Part shown: one piece after another, positions 60,661-64,000 of the stretch
Position numbering within the stretch: the first letter of the stretch is position 1
Layout: the number at the start of each line of letters is the position of its first letter
Source of the DNA: Antechinus flavipes
Taxonomy: Eukaryota
NCBI RefSeq assembly: GCF_016432865.1
Contig: NC_067400.1
Span: 612,312,001 to 612,376,000 of the forward strand
DNA: 64,000 nucleotides
Reading direction: 5' to 3'
Program-made: the position numbers and the translations under genes
The notes under the pieces: generated by a model
Databases searched by the model: none
Seen by the model: the letters and a program-made list of their open reading frames with translations, nothing else
What the model was told of the DNA's origin: nothing

Positions 60661-61227
60661 CAAGAAGAGGTTAGGACAGGGTTGCTCCTACACGCCCTTT
60701 CAGTTGTGAAGGAGAACAAGGTGAAATAGGAAAGGGAGGACGATGTGGGGAGGACTCTGGATCCTTTCTTCTGGCTCCTCTCTGATTTTGTCAAGTCCCA
60801 CTTCATTCCCACTCCTGGAGAATATGGCTTCCTAAGCATTTATTAACAGACTTGGTGGTGCTTCTGTGTTGTGGCACCCAAGGCAGCTTCTGGCACTTAG
60901 TAGGTACTTGATCAGTGCTTGCTGATTGAGTGGGCCAGGCTCAATGTATTTGGGAAGCGCTAATTCCATGTCCAGTGCTAGGCATCCTATATTATTTTCT
61001 CTCACCTAGACCCCCTCAGGCCCAGAAACTATTTAAGGATAGAGTCAAGAAGGCTGCCACTTGTGGGGACCATGAATCTTTTTTAAATTTATATATCCCC
61101 TCTCCCACTGATTCCAGATTCTGCCATGCTCAATGCTGATGACACCAGTTGACCATACCTGGTTCCCCAACCCCCTGGGGAAAGAGTGAAAATCAGAAAC
61201 TAGAGCAAGAAGATGGCCTCAAGGACA

Positions 61228-61233
61228 TTTATT
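61228..61233 (-). terminator. Probable MAG polyadenylation signal AATAAA
   Basis: AATAAA on the minus strand ~380 nt after the L-MAG stop. Confidence 0.7.
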
Positions 61234-61610
61234 TAGTGTTCCCTCTGTACAGACCCTGGGGCCACATAGGAGAAAGGAAGAAGGGGGATGGGGTTGCAAT
61301 AAATAACAGAGACAGGAACTCCCCTCTCGACTGATGAACAAGGTGGATGGAGGAGGTTAGAGGGGAGTCATGATGTGGGGAGGGAGAGGGCAGAGCCAGG
61401 AAATGAAAGGAGGTGGGGTTGGGAGGGGGAGGTGAGACCACTAGGTCCCCTTCCTCATTCTGCTCCCTTCCCTTCTCTTCCCCCTCCCTTTGCCCTAAGA
61501 GGAAGAGGAGCCAGAGGCCAGCCCTAGTAACCACTCGTGGCTGTGGCAGGGGAGAGTCTGGGGTAGGGAGTCCTGAGGTCAAGGATAAGAGGCAGGCAGC
61601 CCCTCAGCCC

Positions 61611-61775
61611 TCACTTGACCCTGATCTCTGCATACTCAGCCAGTTCCTCTGTCAGGGTGTAGCTATCCTTGGTGGGGCGCTTCCCCAGGTCCACGTGGGA
61701 GTAGCTCAGGTCCAGCTCAGGGGGTTCTGCTCGAAGGCCCAGCAACCTCCTCTCTGCGCCCAGGCGCCTCTCACT
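61611..61775 (-). CDS. MAG: Myelin-associated glycoprotein, last exon (L-MAG C-terminus)
   Basis: SERRLGAERRLLGLRAEPPELDLSYSHVDLGKRPTKDSYTLTEELAEYAEIRVK*; CCTAG acceptor. Confidence 0.97.
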   Translation of the reverse strand, partial: SERRLGAERRLLGLRAEPPELDLSYSHVDLGKRPTKDSYTLTEELAEYAEIRVK

Positions 61776-62532
61776 CTAGGAAGGGGCAACCATCAGTTAT
61801 GGGTGGTCCCGTCCCTTCACCACCAGCTCAGGGCTTTTGCCCAGCTGCCAAGCATTTGCTGCCCTTCTTCTCATCTCAATCATTTCCTGTTGCTCACTGA
61901 GTCAAAGCCAGATTCTCCAGTCCTCCCCACCCCTGCCCTCTAAGCCTCAGTTCCTGTTATTCCTCAAGGGTCACCTGGGCTGCCTGGGTTTCGGGCCCAG
62001 CCCCCCAGCTTTTCTGGCCCCCCAACAGTTCCTTCCCGCCCCCACCCCACTTCCAGCTAGCCTTCCCTGATCAAGCTCACCTCCTCCTACCGGCCCTCCC
62101 CAGCTGCACTGTCCTGCAGCGGGCAGCTTTGCCATGGCCTTTGGTAGATATCCCCGACCTTGCCCTCCCCTAGTCCTGCCTGGGGGATGGTGAGCCTCCC
62201 TCATGCGGGGACAATGGCTCCCCCTTCCTTCACAGCCCCCCTACATCCTTTCACAGCCTTATACGTAGGGGATGCTTAGGACATTGTGGTGACTGACAAT
62301 AAGGACTGAGAGCTCCAGACAAAGGCAGCAGTGAGAAGCGACAGCAGCAGCTAGGAGAGGAGAGAACAGGGTGGCTTGTGTCCGGCTCCCGCCCGCACGC
62401 CCGCCCCCCTTCTCGCCGCAGGCAGGGCTAGCCTTCAACTTTAGGGATCCACATGCACCCGCGCGCGCACACATAGGCCCGGGACCCCAAGGGGTCCCAG
62501 AAACGGAGACACTGAGGCCACAGGCAACCTAC

Positions 62533-62574
62533 CTGGGGCGCTCAGTGACTTTCCAGGATAGAGACCTCTTTGGA
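62533..62574 (-). CDS. MAG: MAG alternative exon (S-MAG), 42 nt, stop at 62542-62544
   Basis: SKEVSILESH*; TAG acceptor, CAG|GTAGGT donor. Confidence 0.93.
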
Positions 62575-62835
62575 CTATTAGAAAGGAAACGGAGTCACAG
62601 TCCAGGGAGACTGAGGGAGAATAGCCCTCCCCTCCCCCACCCCGCGAGCACAACCCCAGCTCCGGCCCCTGCTCCGGCCCCTGCTCCCCCGGATCCATCC
62701 GCACTGCCCCAGAACTCCTGTTTTCCATCTCTCTCCCCCTCCCCCTGGGTCAGCCCCCCTGGTTTGCTACCTAGCTCTCGACTTGCCCTGCCACCCCTGT
62801 GCCCCTCCCCCGCTCTGTTACTCCCTAGTTCTCAC

Positions 62836-62935
62836 CTCAGATTTCTCTGGCACCCCTGGAATGCGGAAGTCGCTGCTGAACAGAACTGGGGGATTCTCCC
62901 CACCTGCAAAGCTGGGGCTCTCAGCCATGTTCTTC
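62836..62935 (-). CDS. MAG: MAG cytoplasmic exon (100 nt); upstream exons lie outside the window
   Basis: KNMAESPSFAGGENPPVLFSSDFRIPGVPEKSE; AG/GT boundaries. Confidence 0.95.
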
Positions 62936-63561
62936 CTATGAGGGCAGTACCCATCAGGCCCAGCGGGAACCCGGGGTCTCCAGTCCCTGGCCCTCTCACC
63001 AGGTGCTGATCCCCACACCTATTCTCAGAGCTATAACTAGGAGGGGGCATTTCAGCGGGGACAAAAACCGCCGGGGACGGGCGGAGGTAGGCTACGCAGA
63101 CGTAGCCGCCCCCTCGGGTTCAGGGGTTAGGCCGGGCTGTCAGAAAAGGGATCACAGCAATAGCATCCTTGGAGGGGGGATGTTGGGGTGCTCTATACGG
63201 GGCTGGAGGGGGGAGACCGTGAAACAGTAAGCAGAGGTGTCCGTCAGTGTCCTGGGGGCAAAATCCCCTCCTAGGGCAGAGCCCTGCCCGGCTCAATTGT
63301 CCCCTCCGGAACCCAGGCCACTCAGCTTACAGGAAATAGCCTGGCACCTCCCAGCCCCAAAGCCTTGGCCGTTTCCCAGCCAGTCTGCACCCCATCCTGG
63401 CCTGCAACGGTCCCCTTTCCTCAGCCGGGACGCTTGGGGAATTCAGCCTGTGATAGAGCGAGCTCTCAGTCCTCTGCTTTGAGATTGGGAGCATCCATTT
63501 GGATTCCCTTGGGTCATTTCCCAGGACCTGAGGCAGCCCGGCTGCCTTAGGCCATCCTCCC

Positions 63562-63578
63562 TCTCCCCCTGGTGGTCA
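63562..63578 (-). promoter_or_regulatory. CTCF-motif match in MAG intron
   Basis: TGACCACCAGGGGGAGA matches 12 of 14 core positions of CCACCAGGGGGCGC. Confidence 0.5.
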
Positions 63579-64000
63579 GTGAGGAGAAGGAACAAAGAAC
63601 TTTGTGCTCTCAGCTCCAGCCAGAGGCTGGCCCCTAATTGCTCCACCCAGTTGAGCTCTTTCCCAGCCCATTTTTCTGCCCTGACCTGATTCCCAAGCCT
63701 CAGTGACCAGGAACTGCTAGCCAGTAAAATCCCGGAGGAAATGGTTGAGCTTGGAACTTGGACAAGCACTTTCTTAGGCCAGATTTTAAGAGTAAGAATT
63801 GCAAAGATAGAGGCTGCAATCAAGTTTTCTTGGGCACTGTCCCTAACTTCCTCATCAAAGTCAATGGCAAAATAAATAAATGGATGAATAAATAAACAAA
63901 TAAATGAATGAATGAATAAGTAAATAAATAATGGCAAATGTAAACAGCCTGAGGTTAGAAACTCAATTTTGTTTTTGTTTTGTTTAGCTAATTGATGGAA

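Noticed and set aside
62655-62695. GCTCCGGCCCCT x~3 giving a Pro-Ala-rich plus-strand ORF (62371-63009)
   Set aside because: Short intronic tandem repeat antisense to MAG; the ORF is low-complexity and unsupported.
63443-63937. 164-aa minus ORF with a hydrophobic ..IFAILTL.. stretch as the MAG TM exon
   Set aside because: Lacks the conserved WAKIGPVGAVVAFAILIAIVCY sequence, and its N-terminus derives from a simple repeat; the real exon must be beyond the window.

Overview
Marsupial genomic DNA, probably a dasyurid such as the Tasmanian devil (inferred from WSINE1-type SINEs, RTE and L1 3' ends; not provable here), with five N-gaps. All host genes lie on the minus strand, in the order conserved with human 19q13.12. 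They are the 3' end of MAG (three exons, including the alternative S-MAG exon), a complete 13-coding-exon CD22 (840 aa, assembled by hand with GT-AG boundaries and consistent phases), FFAR1, a single FFAR3, and FFAR2. The rest is repeat-rich: L1, L2, L3/CR1, RTE, MIR/MAR1, WSINE1, solo LTRs and ERV remnants. Four observations stand out. (1) A 1.47-kb non-coding class-II-like retroelement has three LTR copies and a tRNA-Lys PBS inside one 6-bp TSD, resembling a tandem-array TRIM. (2) A ~190-bp inverted repeat in the CD22 intron before the transmembrane exon has a stem ending next to the likely branch point. (3) FFAR1 carries His at position 244 (6.55), as in short-chain receptors, instead of the human Asn. 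(4) The FFAR1-FFAR3 interval, bicistronic in mouse, contains repeat-derived poly(A) signals here. No database searches were run; family names rest on recalled motifs.
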